Below, in pieces: positions 1 through 13,468 of a DNA stretch of 64,000 nt. The stretch is from positions 11,966,001 through 12,030,000 of the forward strand of contig NC_086097.1 of assembly GCF_963921235.1 (NCBI RefSeq), given 5' to 3'. The notes below the pieces were generated by a model. It saw only the letters and a list, made by a program, of their open reading frames with translations, ran no database searches and was not told where the DNA came from. This stretch comes from Mobula hypostoma (taxonomy: Eukaryota). Numbering within the stretch: position 1 is the first letter of the stretch; every line of letters starts with the position of its first letter. The position numbers and the translations under genes were made by a program.

Positions 1-369
1 CCATGTGTCTTTCTCTCAACTTTCACAAGTTCTCTTATGCTTACTTTAGTTAACTTTGTCATGTAACTTACGTAAAAGTTATGTTAGTTCTAAGTCTATG
101 TTGACACATGTTTGAAATGCATGGAGCTGCGGCTGCAAGAAGCTGCTAACCTTCATGGCAAGCCAAACCTGCCCAACACAGCACCAGTATGTGCCTATCT
201 GCCATCTAGGACATATATATATATACAGAAAGTTGCTGGGAAAAGGCCAGCAACATCGTGAAAGATGCCACTCACCCTGCTCATTGGTGGAGAGTATCAG
301 TGAGGAGACCATGTAGTGTCCACACCAGCATCACCAGACTCAAAAACTGCTATTTTCCGGAAGCAGTTT

Positions 370-585
370 GGGCAGCATGGGAGCACAGTGGTTAGCAGAA
401 TGCTTTACAGTACCAGTAACCTGGGTTCGATTCCTGCTGCCGTCTGTAAGGGTTTTGCTGGTTCTCCCTGTAATCACATGGGTTTCCTCTGGGTGCCCTG
501 GTTTCCACCCACAGTCCAAAGACACCGGTTGGTAGGCTAATTGTTCATTGTCAATTGTCCCATGATTAGGCAAGGATTGAATTGG
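370..585 (+). mobile_element. tRNA-derived V-SINE (HE1-like)
   Basis: A-box-like (cagtggttagc) and B-box (ggttcgattcc) head, then the V-domain tgggtttcctctgggtgccctggtttccacccacagtccaaagac; about 10 related copies in the window. Confidence 0.85.
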
Positions 586-611
586 ACTTTTGTTTCCCCT
601 TTATCATTTCT

Positions 612-962
612 CTTCCAAAAGAGATGTAAGGTGCCTTTTCCGTCTGCTTGTCTGCAGATCAGTGTAGCACCTGCTTATCGCAAGCCCCCCCACACACACA
701 CAATCAGGGTGACTTGAAGCCACGGGAACAGGCAGTGGACAGTTATCAATGCAGCTGGAGCATAGCGCAAGTCGTGGTTATGCGACCACTGATGACAGGC
801 AGACAATCTCTGAAAAAGTATTGATCATGGCAGGGATCACCCATCTTGTAAAGACACTGTCCGGAAGAAGGCAATAGGAAAATCTGCAAAGAACAATCAT
901 GGTCATAGATCACGATTGCCCACATCATACAACACGACACAACACATGATAATGATGATGAT
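612..962 (+). mobile_element. Short non-autonomous RTE-related element, family A (5'-truncated)
   Basis: Alignable to 44575-44940 (+) and 49628-50005 (-); RTE/BovA-like gaagaaggcaat motif; (gat)n tail. Confidence 0.7.
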
Positions 963-1415
963 ATCGTGTTTACTTTAATGCTGGTATATTGTTGACATTA
1001 CTCAATGCATTGACATGCTTCTGCATAGAATGCAGATTTAACTCTCATAGAAAAAAATCCACTTGCATTTATTGATGCCTTTCCCCCATTACAAAAACAA
1101 AATATCCAGGACATTTGTGTACAGGTGGTTTGAAGAGGAACAGGCAAAGTGGCTGGGATAGTTAACTCCCAATTTTGGATGAAATGAGTGCTCATGCACC
1201 TCTAAATTGGTGCTGTGAGATTGTGTCAACATTGGATAACAATTGTTATTATAATCATAGTAGGCAGAAGATGCAGAGAATGATGTTAAGGGAACATGTA
1301 TTGCTGATTTGATTGCAATTTTCCAGAAAATGCCACCATGACTGAACACATATTCAACAAGTGCTGTCTTTGGGAATCATTGGCTACGTAGAGTTTGGTA
1401 TATTCCACCTTCACA

Positions 1416-2503
1416 GAGCCTCCAACTTGATGGCATGAACATCAATTTCTCCAACATCTGGCGGGAGGAGAAGATGGCAGCGCGACGCAGCGCGCGCAGC
1501 TTTCTGGTGAAATAATATCGTATCTGTTAAATAGGGGCTGTGGACAATTCGGATTTGATGAAGACAGACGTGAGAAGCAGAGGAACATCTGGAGAAATTT
1601 CTGAAATGCCTGGTTCGCTGCTGTTGTTACTGGGCGATCGAGAATCTCCAGAGGGAAGGCCCCAAAATCCCCGACTTTGCCTGCTGCTGGCGACCGAGGC
1701 TGAGGTTGAAGCGTTCGGATAGAGATGGTGCTCAGTACTCAGTGTCGGAGGGCTGATCAGAGCTTGAAGTTTTCGGAAGACTCAGAGTCGGACTGTGGTC
1801 GAGCATGGCAGGGAGAGTTTTCTTCCTTCTCCTGTCTGCGTGAGATGTGGGACTTTCGAGAAACTTTGAACTTTTTTACTGTGCCATGGCCTGTTCTTCA
1901 TCAAGTTATGGTATTGTTGCACTGTTGTAACTATATGTTATAATTATGTGGTTTTGTTAGTTTATTCAGTCTTGGTCTGTCCTGTGTTTTGTGATATCAC
2001 ACCAGAGGAATCATTGTATCATTTCTTAATGCCTGCATTACTAAATGACAATAAAAGAGGACTGTGTGTCCTCATAATCTAATCTAATCTAAACTTCTGA
2101 CCATGCCCTCTCCCCTTGTCTTCGATTCCCCACTCTGTTCCCTCTTCTTCCCGCTTCTTTTCTCCTTACCCGACTATCACCTCCCCCGGTGCCCATCCTC
2201 CTTCCCTTTCTCCCTTGGTCCATTCTCCCTTCCTATCAGATTCCTTCTTCACCAGACCTTTACTTCTTTCACCTCTTGCCTCCCAACTTCATCCTTCATC
2301 CGCCTCCCCCACCCACCTGGCTTTGCCTCTTACCTTCTAGTTTGTACTCCTACACCTCCCCCACCTTTCACTCTGGTTTCTTCCCCTCTGCTTCCCAGTT
2401 CCGATGAAGGGTGTCGGCCCAAAACACGAACAGTTTATGCATTCCAGCAATGCTATCTTTGTGTCAGTCTGGATTTCCATCACTTGCAGAATTTCCTGTG
2501 CTT
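1416..2503 (+). mobile_element. Penelope-like element 3' end (endonuclease C-terminus plus pLTR), interrupted by an insertion at 1461-2091
   Basis: agcctccaacttgatggcatgaacatcaatttctccaac (SLQLDGMNINFSN) matches 35779-35820; CT-rich 3' UTR; decayed HHR ccgatgaagggtgtcggcccaaaac at ~2401. Confidence 0.8.
1461..2091 (+). mobile_element. Non-autonomous LINE-derived element with CpG-rich head and (AATCT)n tail
   Basis: Starts gcgggaggagAAGATGGC; AATAAA 2050-2055; 3' hairpin GAGGAC-tgtgt-GTCCTC; (aatct)3; imperfect TSD aacatctg/aacttctg. Confidence 0.75.
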
Positions 2504-2726
2504 ATTGTTTGGTTGCTGGTTTGCTTCCTTTGATGGCTGTTGTGATTCTCCGAGCTTTTGACCCTTCACATAATAGCCTCTACTTACCAGTGACCAATGG
2601 AAAAGGTGTAATGGGATTGTTTTTTCTGACTTTAAAGCTGCTCACAAAAGGAGTGGGAGATGAGAGGAGGAGGGAGGAGAGAAGAGGAAGAGTAAAAGAA
2701 GAAATATGTAGAGTGTCTCTATGGAG

Positions 2727-3268
2727 ATAAGACCATATGACATAGAAGCAGAATTAGGCCATTCAGTCCATTGAGTCTGCTCCGCATTCCATCATGGCTG
2801 ATTTACTATCCTTCTCAACCTCTCAACCCTATCCTCCTGCCTTCTCACTGTAACCTTTGATGCCTTTACTAAACAAGAACCTCTGTTTTAAATATACCCA
2901 ATGACTTGGTGGTCCACAGCTGTCAGTTGTCTGTGGCAATGAACAGCTCAGATTCACCACCCTTTGGCTAAAGGAATTCCTCCACATCTCTGTCCTAAAG
3001 GGATGTCCTTGTACTCTGATGTGTGTGATCTCTGGTCCTAGACACCCCCACTACAGGAAACATTCTCTCCACATCCATTCTATCTAAGCCTGTCGATATT
3101 CTATAAGTTTCAATGAACTATCCTCTTCATTCTTCTAACCTCCAGTGAATACAGGCCCAAGCTTGTCATATGTTAAACCTTTCATTCCCAGGATCGTTCT
3201 GACAAACCTCTTCTGGACCCCCTCCAATTCTAGCACATCCTCTCTTAGATAAGGGGCCTGAAACTCAC
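2727..3268 (-). mobile_element. CR1/HER1 LINE 3' fragment
   Basis: Reverse complement of CR1 ORF2 C-terminus and 3' UTR with ataagacc-type tail; similar to 15292 and 21003. Confidence 0.85.
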
Positions 3269-4239
3269 TGTATCTGTAATTATGACAATTAAGTTATTGG
3301 TTCATAGGAAGTACCCATTTAGTCCTACTTTGGGTATTACTTGAAATGCAATAAAATGTGGTTAATTCTCAGCTGTCCTGTCAAGCATCTTAATTCATGG
3401 CCAATGAATACTATGAGCTCAATGAAAAAAGAAGTGTTAACATCTCTCCTCAGGTCACCCAGGGATCAATTTTGGAACCCTGGATTAACTGAGTAGTATC
3501 TTATGCTTTCATCTCATGAAGATGCCTGCACTGAAGTCTCTCACCTGCTGCAGCCTCAGAGTGTCAAGGAGACCATGACAATGGCTCCTCTTGCAGCTCT
3601 CTCAAAGTCAAAGTGTATTTATTATCGAAGTATGTGTTCTGCATACAGCCTTGAGACTGGTCTCTTCACAGGCAGACACAAAACACAGAAACCCATTAGA
3701 ACCTATTTAAAAAAAGAATACCGTCAAACGTGCAATGTAGAAAAAAAACACATCATGCAAGTAACAAAAGCCAGCAAACAACTGAACTTCATGAAAGCCC
3801 ATAGCCACAAAGCAGCCATCACTGGTGCTTTACCTCAGTTCAGAGAAGAATAAACTTCGTGGAGAAGTGAGTTGAACCGCTCGCTTCAGAATCGCTCCTC
3901 CTGGGCTAATGATGAAACATTTTGCTTCATTACACAACTTACCTTCCAGTGTAGCCAAGGGGATAAATGAAACTTGCTAAAGTTTGGCAGCACAGGAGAA
4001 TGTGCAGCCTCTGCTATACTGTAGAATTGGTGTTAGAGATTAGGGGCGAATACTCCACAGATGGAGGCCATCTGGTTCATTGTGCTGGTCCTGGAGCTTT
4101 GAAAGAGCAACCAATTAGTCCCACTTTACTGCCCTGTGCCCATAACCATGATCACTCTGTTCTAAGACTGAGTGATTTTTGGAAATTCAAAGGAAGACAA
4201 AAATAAGAGAGAACTTTCTAAACTGTTCGGCATCAATAA

Positions 4240-4545
4240 GTGGAGCATGATGGTAGCACAGTGGTTGGCTCGATGCTATTACAGCTCAGGGCATCAGAAT
4301 TTGGAGTTCAATTCTCTACTGCAAATCCTCTGGAAGAAGTTTGTACACCTTCCGTGTGAATGTGTGTATTTCCTCTGGGTGCTCTGGTTTCCTCTCACAG
4401 TTCAAAAACATACTGGTTAGTAGCTTAATTGGCCATTGTAAATTGTCCTGAGGTTAGACTAGGGTTAGACAGGTGGATCTGTGGGTGGGGCCGCTTGTTA
4501 GGCCAGAAGGGCCTCTTCCACTCTGCATCTCCAAATAAATAAAAT
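4240..4545 (+). mobile_element. V-SINE (HE1-like)
   Basis: tRNA head, V-domain, CR1-derived tail gaagggcct...ctgcatctccaaataaataaa. Confidence 0.85.
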
Positions 4546-4799
4546 CAGTATAGGTATATGAACTATCTTATGTCTTGACATTCATTGTCTTTTTAATTAT
4601 TGTGTTCTTCATCTTATTGTGTTTTCTTTGTGCTGCATCTGGAGTAGGAATTACTTTGTTCTGTTTTACAGTTGTGTGCTGGAAATGGCCTGCTGGACTG
4701 GAAGGGCCTGTTCTGTGATATATCATTAAATAAAAACATTTTTAAAACATGGAAAGAAAATACTTCATGACTATACAAAGACACATCAATTTCTGGCTT

Positions 4800-4940
4800 A
4801 GGAGAAACTGCAGATGCTGGAAACCTAGAATAACACACACAAAATGCTGGAGGAACACAGGCAGCATCTGTGGAGGGAAATGAACAGTTGATGTTTCACG
4901 CTGAGACCCTTCATCAAGATTTGGTCTCCACAGATGCTGC
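4800..4940 (-). mobile_element. Penelope-like pLTR fragment with decayed hammerhead
   Basis: ctgcagatgctgg...acacacaaaatgctggaggaac; minus strand reads ttgatgaagggtctcagcgtgaaacatcaactg. Confidence 0.75.
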
Positions 4941-6076
4941 TTATACAGATGCTGTCTACTGTAGATGCATAGGCTCCTAATTGCAATGTGTGGATGGAGA
5001 AGGATTGTCCTGACAAATGTTCTAGATCTGTATGAAACTTCTGTACACGGCTATCTGCTAGATGACTGCGCAAGGCAGCCCATTATGTTTGTCCCATTCC
5101 CTGGGATTCATTGTGTTTTTCTTGGCCCAATTAAACACAAGAATGATCTCTGGGATGCTCAAATTCTGCAGCATACACCACAGAGCTAACACAGTCCACT
5201 TGCCTTCATTTGAGCTAACCCAGTGCCATGAATATATTTCCTGCCAGGCTTGGGAGCAGCTCTAAGTGTCAGTAATAATCTGCCTTTTTATTGATTTTGG
5301 TTAGACTTATTGACAAGAGGAAAGATTAAGTTTTAATTAGTGACTGAGAGGATGAATTTTTAAAACTTGCTGCTTTAGGACACGTTACAGAGATAGCTCA
5401 TGACGGTTATTGAACTTGAATGAAATGGATACTGTGGTTCCTCTTGTTTCCTATGATCTCCTGTAGCTTACAGTAGTCCAGAGTGGTCAGTTTGACACCA
5501 GGGAAGATAGAATTCCATTTAAAAGCTTGCAGAGTCAGCCAGTGATATGGAGAGCACTGAAATGGGGGTCGAAGGAAGGGCAGAGTTGAAATAATTGAAG
5601 TCACTCTGCTCAGTGGTAAAAGGGAGTATTCAGTAAAAGGTTACCAATTTTAGAGTCCACTTTCTATCTATAATAGATGCGATAATCCTCTAGTGTAACA
5701 AGTCATGAACACACAAATTTCCCTTTATTGCTACTTGGCATAATGGAACCATATATGTCTTAAAATGCAGTGTTAAGATAAATATCCTGGGAAGTGAAGG
5801 CAAAGATATAGAGCTTGATTTTTTTTCAGCTTTGACCCATAAAGAAAAACGGCCAACAAATAATTCCTTTTCCCTGAGCCCTGCACTTTGAGGCCCGTTT
5901 TGATTCTATTTTTTTTGCTATTAAGGCTCTGCCTATATTTAAAATCAACCATGTAAAACTAACGTTTTGTCTAAAGAAATTACATGCAACTTTCAAGTGT
6001 GTGTTTTGACTGGAAATCCACCCACTGTGCAACCACATAGATTGCAGCAAATTTTAAAACTTTAAAAATTAACGAA

Positions 6077-6510
6077 GTTCAAAGTTCAAAATAAATTTCT
6101 TATCAAGGTACATATACAGTATGTCACCATATACAACCATGTGATTCATTTTCTTGTGGGTGTCCTCAATAAATCTATAATCAGATCAATGAAAGACCAC
6201 ACCAACTTGTGTAAAAGAAAACAGACTGTGCAAATACAAAAACAAATAATAATAATAACAAATAAATAAGCAATAGATATCAAAAGCATAAACTAAAGAG
6301 TTCTTGAAAGTGACTCCATAGGTTGTGGGAACAGTTCATTGATGGGGCAAATGAAGTTGAGTGAAGTTATCCCCTTTGGTTCAGGAGCCTGATGGCTGAG
6401 GGGTAGTAACTGTTCCTGAACCCGGTGATGTGAGTCCTGAGGCTCCTGTACCTCCTTCCTGAAGTCAGCAATGAAAAGACAGCTTGGCCTGGGTGGTGGG
6501 GGTCTCCGAT
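6077..6510 (-). mobile_element. Rex1/Babar-like LINE 3' fragment
   Basis: Minus strand encodes GRRYRSLRTHITGFRNSYYPSAIRLLN; (ttgaac)n tail. Confidence 0.8.
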
Positions 6511-7089
6511 GATGGAAAAATCCCTGATAATTTATTACCAATTTCAATTTGTTCCATTTCTTTGAAAATACAAGTTAATCTTTCTTTTCACTGAAGTTTT
6601 TTTTTAAATAACTTAAAACACTTTGACGTCCTTGTAATTTTTTTTGCATTGTTTCCAGTTTGATCACATCCTTCCTATAAAAGGGTGTCCAAAACTGAAC
6701 AAAATACTCCAATTGTGGCTTCAGCAATGTTGTGCACTCACAACATAACCAGTGTCTTAACTGATGAAGGCCAACATGCCTTTTTCACTTACCTATCTAC
6801 CTGTGACTTCATCTTAAGGGAACTATGCACCTGTAATCAAGTTCTCTCTGTTGTACGACAGTACTCAAGGTCATTCCATTCAATCTAAGTATCCTATCGT
6901 TATTTGTCCTTCCAAAATGAAGCACCTCATACTTACCTGAATTTAAATTCCATTTGCCATTCCTCAATCCACTTACTCAGCTGTTACAGGGTATAGAATA
7001 TCATGAGTAAGTAGTTGGCTCCTTATAAGAGATGAGAAGAAACGACTTTACTGTTGTGATATTAGGTAGGCACATGTTAATAGAACATA

Positions 7090-7715
7090 TCAAGTAAAGT
7101 CAAGTTTATTGTCATTTAATTATATACATGTATACCATCAAAGGAGACAACATTTCTCCAGACCAGGGTGTAAAGTACAATAGTATACATAACACACATA
7201 TTACACACAATAACTTAAGAAAGTAAGAATTACATCTACAAATGAATTACGTATAGATAAACAATGTATAATGCAGAAATTAAATGTTCTAGGGTACAGT
7301 ACAAATTATACAGTGAAACTTCAAATGCGATGTAGCAGGGAGTTCAGAAGCCTAATGGCCTGAGGGAAGAAAATGTTTCCCATCCTGTCCATTCCTGTTT
7401 TTATGCATCAGTGTCTCTGACCTGACGGTAGAATGTCAAAGAGGATGCTGGACGGATAGGGGGGGGGGAATTCTTGATATTACTGAGGGCCCTGCATACA
7501 CAGCACTCCTGATAATTTTCCCCAATGGATGGTAGGGAGACCCCTATGATCCCCTCAGCTGTTCTCACATTCCGGTCTGACACTCAGCTGCTTCCATACC
7601 AGATGAAGATGCAGCTTGTCTGGATACTCTCAATGGTGCTCCAGTAAAAGTCAGTTCAGGTGGGAGTGGGCAAGGTGGTGGGGAGCCTCGTTTGCCTGAA
7701 TCTCTTCAGGAAATG
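7090..7715 (-). mobile_element. Rex1/Babar-like LINE 3' fragment
   Basis: Degenerate ORF2 C-terminus (VRTAEGIIGVSLPSI); cttgact-type tail. Confidence 0.7.
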
Positions 7716-8131
7716 GAGGCATCAGTGGAAAGGAGTAAACAATCGACCTTTTGGGCCAGGACCCTTCATGAAGAATGGAAAGGAAAAGCCCTATCTATAC
7801 CCCTCATCATTTTGTATACCTTTTAAGATCTTTCCTCATTCTCATGTGCTCCAGGGAGTAAAGTCCTAACGTCTCCAACTTTTCCCCATAAGATTGTACC
7901 ACACTTGCACCACTCTCTGAGTGAAGTTCCCGTTCTAGAACTGAGCCTCTATACTCCCTGGCAGTACAGAAGAAGTGCAGACGTGTTTCAGAGGCAACGT
8001 TAATCTGACATGATGATAAAAGATCCCTCTGCACCTTTTGAAAAAGAGCAGTTGAATTTCCCTCGTGTGTTCCACAAATAACTCTCAACAAAGACATCTA
8101 AAATCTAACACTCTTCATTCTTCTTTTTCTG

Positions 8132-8684
8132 TGTAACCCCCAGATTCAGTGGGCTGCATTAGTCTAAGGGAAGGCAGTCGCCACCCCCGCCAAACTGATG
8201 AAATCTCGATTATGTGGATGCTGCGTGATGTGTTTCCCTGTTATAACTCAGTACCATGAAAGATCAGACGGTACACCATATGCAATTAAACAATTGAGCT
8301 TTATAATTCTTAAGTTGACTAGAGGGTTAGTACAGAAACAAAAAGGCAAAGGGCCCATTTTAATGAAAGAGTCTATTGTGCACTTACGGTTTGCCATCCT
8401 TGAATTCCCCATCGATTTCCTCCGAGCGTTGTCGACACCAGGACCCTCACTCCAAGTCCACTCCATCCTGCGGTATACCAGCTCGCTCCTGTCACGTCTC
8501 CTCTCTTCACCTCTCACCGAACAAAAGTCCGCGAATACCTTCTTTCAGACATACAAGAAAGAAAAAACATGCCTCTCATTGGATGGCGTACATTCCAAAG
8601 GCCCCGTTATCTCGAGTCATAACCCAAACACTGTTGCTACAGAGAAACCAATACATTAGCAGTGAAACCTCACAGAGCGTTACA
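8132..8684. mobile_element. Solo LTR (Gypsy-like)
   Basis: Inverted termini TGTAAC...GTTACA, 553 bp, CpG-rich relative to flanks; no clean 4-bp TSD. Confidence 0.65.
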
Positions 8685-9774
8685 TGTATTTGTGACATTT
8701 TGCATCCCAATTTGCCACTGCTTTTCCTACATCATAAAAATTATGGTACGTTAAATGAATTTCATTGTTGGTAAAACAAGTCTTTGTTTTTTTTTCTTTC
8801 CTTTACTTCACTTAATAATCATATAAGGTTTACAACAAAGTTGGAGGCTATTTGGCCCATCATTTCTTTTCTGGTTGAAGATGAAGTAACAAGCCTAATT
8901 CTAAAGTCGAACACCGGATCTGCAGCGCTTGAAGTTATGGCTTTATTTGAAGCATGATTGTGGGTTTTAAATATTTTGTTTATTTGCTTTTTATTGTCTT
9001 TCTTTTTCTTTCCATCTGCTGGATTAAAAAAGAAAACAAGTTGCATTCAGGAAATAGCTTTTTCAAAACTTTAGAGGAGTACTTTGGATCTTTGCATTCC
9101 TGATATTAGGGGAGATGCACTAATTTCCTGAATTCTACAGCTTGAAATTTATGACAGCAAGTTCTGAAGCTTCTTAAAAGGGGCAAGTAAACCAATTTCC
9201 AATATTGTCATGTCACCTACTCCCCATGGAAAGATGAGGTAAGGACAGATTGAAACATTCCTGCCTCCCATTGGGTGAAAAACACCAGTACAAGTTTGCA
9301 TTATAAAACAGATATTAAATTGCAAATTAAATTTGGAACATTATTTTTATCTATAATTAATAGGGCATGAACTTTGGTGCATAGATCTTCATTTCTGTTT
9401 AATTCTGGAATGCAAATTTAATTACAGTTAGTGCCATGAAAATAAACAGGCAAAAATCTGCATGGGGATTAAAATGTCTTTTAAATAAATTTACTCTTAA
9501 TTGGTTGAGCTCAATTATTTATGATTATTATTGCAGGCAATTTGTTTCAGGAGCCAATTTCACCTTTCTGTTATTTTAAACTAATTCATAGGGGGCAATT
9601 TTAAATTCCAAGTGATTCCAAAGTGAGTACAAGTATAAGAGTACTGGTAAAATATTGCCCCACTCCCCACCAAAAATGGATCAAAGATTGACTACTGCTC
9701 ATATAGCTGTCAAAAACTCGCCTTAGACAGAAGTACAGATGGTCCCTGGGTTAAGAGATCCTGAGTCCTGACTT

Positions 9775-12305
9775 ATAGAAACATAGCAACATAGAAAATA
9801 GGTGCAGGAGTAGGCCATTCGGCCCTTCGAGCCTGCACCGTCATTTATTATGATCATGACTGATCATCCAACTCATAGCCCTGCACCAGCCTTCCCTCCA
9901 TACCCCCTGATCCCCGTAGCCACAAGGGCCATACCTAACTCCCTCTTAAATATAGCCAATGGACTGGCCTCAACTGTTTCCTGTGGCAGAGAAGTCCACA
10001 GATTCACCACTCTCTGTGTGAAAAAGTTTTTCCTAATCTCAGTCCTAAAAAGCTTCCCCCTTATCCTCAAACTTTGACCCCTCATTCTGGACTTCCCCAA
10101 TATCGGGAACAATCTTCCTGCATCTAACCTGCCCAATCCCTTTAGGATTTTATACGTTTCAATCAGATCCCCCCTCAATCTTCTAAATTCCAAAGAGTAC
10201 AAGCCTAGTTCATCCAGTCTTTCTTCATATGAAAGTCCTGCCATCCCAGGAATCAATCTGGTGAACATTCTTTGTACTCCCTCTATGGCAAGGATGTCTT
10301 TCCTCAGATTAGGGGACCAAAACTGCACACAATACTCCAGGTGTTGTCTCACCAAGGCCTTGTGCAACTGCAGTAGTACCTCCCTGCTCCTGTACTCGAT
10401 TCCTCTCGCTATAAATGCCAGCATACCATTCGCCTTTTTCACCGCCTGCTGTACCTGCATGCCCACTTTCAATGACTGGTGTATAATGACACCCAGGTCT
10501 CGTTGCACCTCCCCTTTTCCTAATCAGCCATCATTCAGATAATAATCTGTTTTCCTATTTTTGCTACCAAAGTGGATAACTTCACATTTATCCACATTAA
10601 ATTGCATCTGCCATGAATTTGCCCACTCACCCAACCTATCCAAGTCACCCTGCATCCTCTTAGCATCCTCCTCACAGCTAACACTGCCGCCCAGCTTCGT
10701 GTCATCCGCAAACTTGGAGATGCTGCATTTAATTCCCTCATCCAAGTCATTAATATATATTGTAAACAACTGGGGCCCCAGCACTGAGCCTTGCGGTACC
10801 CCATTAGTCACTGCCTGCCATTCTGAAAAGGTCCCGTTTATTCCCACTCTTTGCTTCCTGTCTGCCAACCAATTCTCTATCCACATCAATACCTTACCCC
10901 CAATACCGTGTGCTTTAAGTTTGCACACTAATCTCCTGTGTGGGATCTTGTCAAAAGCCTTTTGAAAATCCAAATATTCCACATCCACTGGTTCTCCCCT
11001 ATCCACTCTACTAGTTACATCCTCAAAAAATTCTATGAGATTCGTCAGACATGATTTTCCTTTCACAAATCCATGCTGACTTTGTCCGATCATTTCACCG
11101 CTTTCCAAATGTGCTGTTATCACATCTTTGATAACTGACTCCAGCAGTTTCCCCACCACCGACGTTAGGCTAACCGGTCTATAATTCCCCAGTTTCTCTC
11201 TCCCTCCTTTTTTAAAAAGTGGGGTTACATTAGCCACCCTCCAATCCTCAGGAACTATTCCAGAATCTAACAAGTTTTGAAAAATTATCACTAATGCATC
11301 CACTATTTTTTGGGCTACTTCCTTAAGCACTCTGGGATGCAGACCATCTGGCCCTGGGGATTTATCTGCCTTTAATCCCTTCAATTTACCCAACACCACT
11401 TCCCTACTAACATGTATTTCGCTCAGTTCCTCCATCTCACTGGACCCTCTGTCCCCTACTATTTCTGGAAGATTATTTATGTCCTCCTTAGTGAAGACAG
11501 AACCAAAGTAATTATTCAATTGGTCTGCCATGTCCTTGCTCCCCATAATCAATTCACCTGTTTCTGTCTGTAGGGGACCTATATTTGTCTTTACCAGTCT
11601 TTTCCTTTTTACATATCTATAAAAGCTTTTACGGTCAGTTTTTATGTTCCCTGCCAGTTTTCTCTCATAATCTTTTTTCCCCTTCCTAATTAAGCCCTTT
11701 GTCCTCCTCTGCTGAACTCTGAATTTCTCCCAGTCCTCAGGTGAGCCACTTTTTCTGGCTAATTTGTATGCTTCTTTTTTGGAATTGATACTATCCCTAA
11801 TTTCTCTTGTCAGCCACGGGTGCACTACCTTCCTTGATTTATTCTTTTGCCAAACTGGGATGAACAATTGTTCTAGTTCATCCATGCAAGCTTTAAATGC
11901 TTGCCATTGCATATCCACCGTCAATCCTTTAAGTGTCATTTGTCAGTCTATTTTAGCAAATTCACGTCTCATACCTTCAAAGTTACCCCTCTTTAAGTTC
12001 AGAACCTTTGTTTCTGAATTAACTATGTCACTCTCCATCTTAATGAAGAATTCCACCATATTATGGTCACTCTTACCCAAGGGGCCTCTCACGACAAGAT
12101 TGCTAATTAACCCTTCCTCATTGCTCAAAACCCAGTCTAGAATAGCCTGCTCTCTAGTTGGTTCCTCGACATGTTGGTTCAAAAAACCATCCCGCATACA
12201 TTCCAAGAAATCCTCTTCCTCAGCACCTTTACCAATTTGCTTCACCCAATCTACATGTAGATTGAAGTCACCCATTATAACTGCTGTTCCTTTATTGCAC
12301 ACATG
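9775..12305 (-). mobile_element. Young 5'-truncated CR1/HER1 LINE
   Basis: APE C-terminal part (IMGDFN...SDH) plus RT (GVPQGSVLGP, FADD) plus 3' UTR and (tttctatg)n tail. Confidence 0.97.
9873..12305 (-). pseudogene. CR1 ORF2 (APE-RT), 5'-truncated, two in-frame TGA stops
   Basis: ORFs 11943-12320, 10524-11939 and 9873-10508 are in the same frame, separated only by single stops. Confidence 0.93.
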
Positions 12306-12389
12306 TCTAGATGAGAACAAGATCTCATATTATTAAACTCAAAAGTCTGATGTACATTTGTTCTTATGCTTGACAGAACTAGTTTCCCA

Positions 12390-12421
<32 letters not shown>
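12390..12421. repeat. (CT)n microsatellite
   Basis: Direct reading. Confidence 0.9.
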
Positions 12422-13468
12422 CACTTTTAATAATTATTTTGCCTTAGATTCATAAAATCATAGACTATTACAACATGGTACCAGTTCCTTTGACCCATCT
12501 CATCCATGCCTACTGTGGTGCCCAACAAGCCAGTCCCACTTCTCCACATCCCTCTAAATCCCTCCTACCACATACTTATCCAAATGTCCTTTAAATACTG
12601 TTATTGCACCTGGAGGATTTGGGGGTCTGTGTGCCTGTTCTGTTCTAGTTCGTATTTTTTTGCTAGGAAGTGGGGAATTGAGGGTTGATGATGGTGGTGC
12701 TGTTCTTTTCTTTATTGGTTTCGAGGCTATCCGGAGAATTTCAGAGTTGTACACTTTGATAATAAATGAACCATTGAACCTTTGAAGGTTGATTTTATTG
12801 TAAATGAGGCTTCCTGTATCACTCTAATCTCTTCCAGCCCCATCATCCTCTATGATACCAGTTTTCCTCCAATTTCACCATTATGATCGCTTCCAAATCT
12901 AATTGTTTTTAGATCTAATTAATAATTGTGTATTTATCCACCATGATGCCCTTTTGATCAACATTTCTAACATCTTCCGTGGCTTGGTATCATCTTTTAT
13001 TTGTTGATATACCTCTAAGTACCCTGGGATGTTTTAAAATCACAATATGCATGCAGGTCGTTGTTGAAACGCTATAGTAATAGATCTATGTGAAGAGACA
13101 TACTGTGATTCTTTTGGGCAAAAGAGTGTGCCTATATTGAAATAGTGTTACAGTGATATAGAGTGGAACAAGAAATCTGAAGCAGGAGCTCAGATAAATA
13201 TTCTGTCTTATAAATAAATTTTGGTATATCAAAGACAAAGTCAAGTTTATTTTCATCTGCCCAAGTACGTGTATGCACAGGTGTAATGAAAACCTTACTT
13301 GCCACAGCATCTCAGGCACCTAGAATCATGGAAGGAGCATTCTCAATAAAAACATAACTTACACATAAATATACACAAATTTTACTGAAAAGAGAACCAT
13401 TAGAAGAAAAAGTATCCATTTTAGTGCGAAGTGATCAAAGTGGTCACAGCTGCAACCAATAATAATAA

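Noticed and set aside
2103..2730. Pro/Ser/Leu/Phe-rich ORFs
   Set aside because: Translation of the CT-rich PLE 3' UTR
8190..8235. CTGATGA in the solo LTR as a hammerhead
   Set aside because: No stem II/GAAA/NUH arrangement follows
8198..8774. Overlapping ORFs of 89-153 aa
   Set aside because: Lie almost entirely within a solo LTR; no domain motifs
10261..12336. Plus-strand ORFs of 93-190 aa
   Set aside because: Antisense shadows of CR1 ORF2
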